Source of the DNA: Lytechinus pictus
Lineage: Eukaryota
Assembly: GCF_037042905.1 (NCBI RefSeq)
Contig: NC_087249.1
Coordinates: forward strand, 7,194,001 to 7,258,000
DNA: 64,000 nucleotides
Direction: 5' to 3'
Within the stretch, counting starts at the first letter, position 1. The number at the start of each line of letters is the position of its first letter. Positions 61,885 to 64,000 of the stretch are shown one piece after another. The position numbers were made by a program, and so were the translations under genes. Below the pieces are notes generated by a model, which saw only the letters and a program-made list of their open reading frames with translations, was not told the origin of the DNA and made no database searches.

Positions 61885-62155
61885 CATCAGAAATCAAATA
61901 TTTCATAAAACAAACGCTTGCTCATATCAAATCATTGTGAACGTTTTCCCTTTTTTTTCGATTTGATATAACTTTGGCGATTTTTAAGGCTTCAATTTCA
62001 AGAAATGTTTACCTATCAGTGGTAATCAAATACATATATATCATAAACATGATAACATAAATCCTTGCTCATATCGAACCATTTTAATGCTTTCCTTTTT
62101 TTCTTAAATTCGATAAAATATGAATGAAATTAGAGGCTTCGATTTAAAACATTTC
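61885..62155. repeat. Degenerate tandem duplication (~150-bp unit)
   Basis: AATCAAATA...CTTGCTCATATC.AA.CATT...TTTCC.TTTT...AGGCTTC.ATTT present twice. Confidence 0.6.
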
Positions 62156-62329
62156 CATTATTTTTGATAGGTTTATTACTCAATTCATATGTAGTTTTCT
62201 TTTCAATTTTTGCTTTATTTTTGCGTCTGGTTTATTAACTTATTTTCTCGAATGCTGCCGACAATTACAAAAGAATTCAGGAGTGTGAAGCTATCAGGAT
62301 GACTTTACACGACTTCAAATCTCCCCTGA

Positions 62330-62412
62330 TGCTTTGAATAGCGCTTTGCTAGGATTCGAACTCGGGTCCTGCCAGTCGACAAACAATAACTCCACTTACC
62401 ACTGAACCATAT
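62330..62412 (-). mobile_element. tRNA-like SINE head fragment
   Basis: Minus strand: TGGTTCAGTGG (box A) and GAGTTCGAATCC (box B) without a complete cloverleaf. Confidence 0.5.
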
Positions 62413-62614
62413 TGCATCCATTTAGTTTACTCAATTGAAAACTTAAAAAATATTCATCATCAGGGCCGCAAGAAAGGGACGGGGCGCACTTGGAAAAGTA
62501 CATGTAAATGCCCCCCCCCCCCCCAAAAAAAAGTTCAGGTTTGAGTAACACTAATGCTACCCTTCTTTGAAAAAAAAATTGTAAAATTATTATGATAAAA
62601 TTTACAGTATACTG

Positions 62615-63636
62615 GGGCCTGTTTCTCAACACCGTCATAAGTCTAACTTCTTGACTAAATCGGAGATAGTGAGCTACTTGTCCGCTAACCGTTTCACGAA
62701 GCCCTCTTTACCAAGATCGGGTACAACAACCTCACTAAATATTTATGACACCTCCGAACCTGTCTTAACTTCTTTCTTAATGACGTAGTGGCATCACGTG
62801 GGTAGACTATGACATGCGAAAGTGCCTAGAAATTTTAAAATTATAATCTTACGTAATCAATCATAGTGGTTTAAATTACATCACAAAACAAGTGGGTTGA
62901 TGCATTCAATGATAATTGTAATACAAAGAAACCATAAAAACTGTTGGTAAACGCCACAAAACCATTCATTTTGAAATACTGGTAGTAAAATGATTTAATC
63001 GATAAAGATTCTACCACGTCAGGCCATCCATAACTGAGCTCGTATTTGTTGTTTTCAGACCCCTATTAACAGTTGGATGAATTCTATCTCTAATTTATGC
63101 ATATAATTTGTCCAATATCGTATCTTTCGGTATCAATGATTAAAAATGTTTCGTTAAACTATATTTTAATGACGTTTGGAATCGTAAAAGTCCGTATAAT
63201 TATCATTATTTTACAAAGAAAACCGTTACGGTTTACTTTCGTAAACTATTAAAATTGGGTCTCCGGGGGGTACCCATCTCAAGATTTTTTAGTAATGAAA
63301 TGAATTATTCATAATTTAATTTTCTCTGCAATTGAATGCTCCAGTCTTCATGGTCTAAGTATGTATGATGCATAATTCACCTGTGCTATTATTTTGAAAA
63401 GATTTATTTCCCAATTCATCATAATATTTGCAATTTTGTCATAATTTTTCTTTTTGAAAGTTATGATATTTTGTGACTAAGGCTACGTCTCGTCTGCTCT
63501 TTTTACCGATAGTATCGATATCAAGGTATTCTAGTTAGGAAGCCTTTCGAGAAACAGGTTTAGTAAGATTGGAACTAACTCCGTGGTTGGTGGATAAAGA
63601 TATGACTAACTTGTCCATGTGTTGAGAAACGGGCCC
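62615..63636. mobile_element. Harbinger/PIF-like non-autonomous transposon
   Basis: TIR GGGCC(T/C)GTTTCTCAACAC, 3-bp CTG duplication on both flanks; interior 63349-63520 is paralogous to 6601-6656 + 7379-7495. Confidence 0.85.
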
Positions 63637-64000
63637 CTGAATGATAAAAATTTGTAAAAACCATACAAATATAATGTCCTAGATTTGTTCGTTGGTGCAT
63701 CTACGATGGTCTGAAGTAGCAAACAGAGGAAGTTTTCAAAATCGCATTAAAAAACGTTTTACCATGTATCTTAAACCCGGGATCTTAAAACGACATGCTT
63801 GCATTCATTTTATTACAGATCTGTATCAAAATGGTTTATACACGACGAATATTTTCAAGATCCTTTATCATAACTCTATAGTGCATTATGCATTACTCAT
63901 CGGCAATTGATAACAGCCTTATGAATCGCGACCCTTTCCATGAAATTGAATTCCTCGTGTACAACGTCCGTCCGCCCGCACGGTTGTCAAATTCTTTCTG

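Overview
AT-rich animal genomic DNA, dense in introns and repeats. The MITE/SINE repertoire suggests an echinoid (sea-urchin-like) genome; this is an inference. Two divergently transcribed protein-coding genes are supported. (1) Minus strand: the first four coding exons of an ADGRV1/VLGR1/GPR98 orthologue (signal peptide plus Calx-beta repeats; exons 4729-4902, 3529-3768, 1380-1484, 58-171), which continues off the left edge. (2) Plus strand: a secreted IGFBP N-terminal (IB)-domain protein of the kind often auto-annotated CRIM1-like. Exon 17916-18390 encodes a signal peptide, a furin-flanked acidic segment and the IB domain; exon 32946-33069 encodes a Cys-rich module I cannot assign. I found no further exon in the remaining ~31 kb. 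The rest is intron/intergenic sequence with many non-autonomous DNA transposons (TTAA/Kolobok-like, TA/Tc1-pogo-like, Harbinger-like, hAT-like, Sola-like, Helentron-associated), tRNA-derived SINEs, LINE-type 3' tails, palindromes and microsatellites. I saw no autonomous transposase, rRNA, true tRNA or CRISPR. The most interesting leads are the prohormone-like architecture and unassigned Cys module of gene 2, a 6-bp-TSD transposon carrying a promoter and a donor in frame with ADGRV1, a SINE with swapped 3' tails, a MITE-borne perfect X-box in ADGRV1, and a ~400-nt AG-exclusion zone before gene 2 exon 2.
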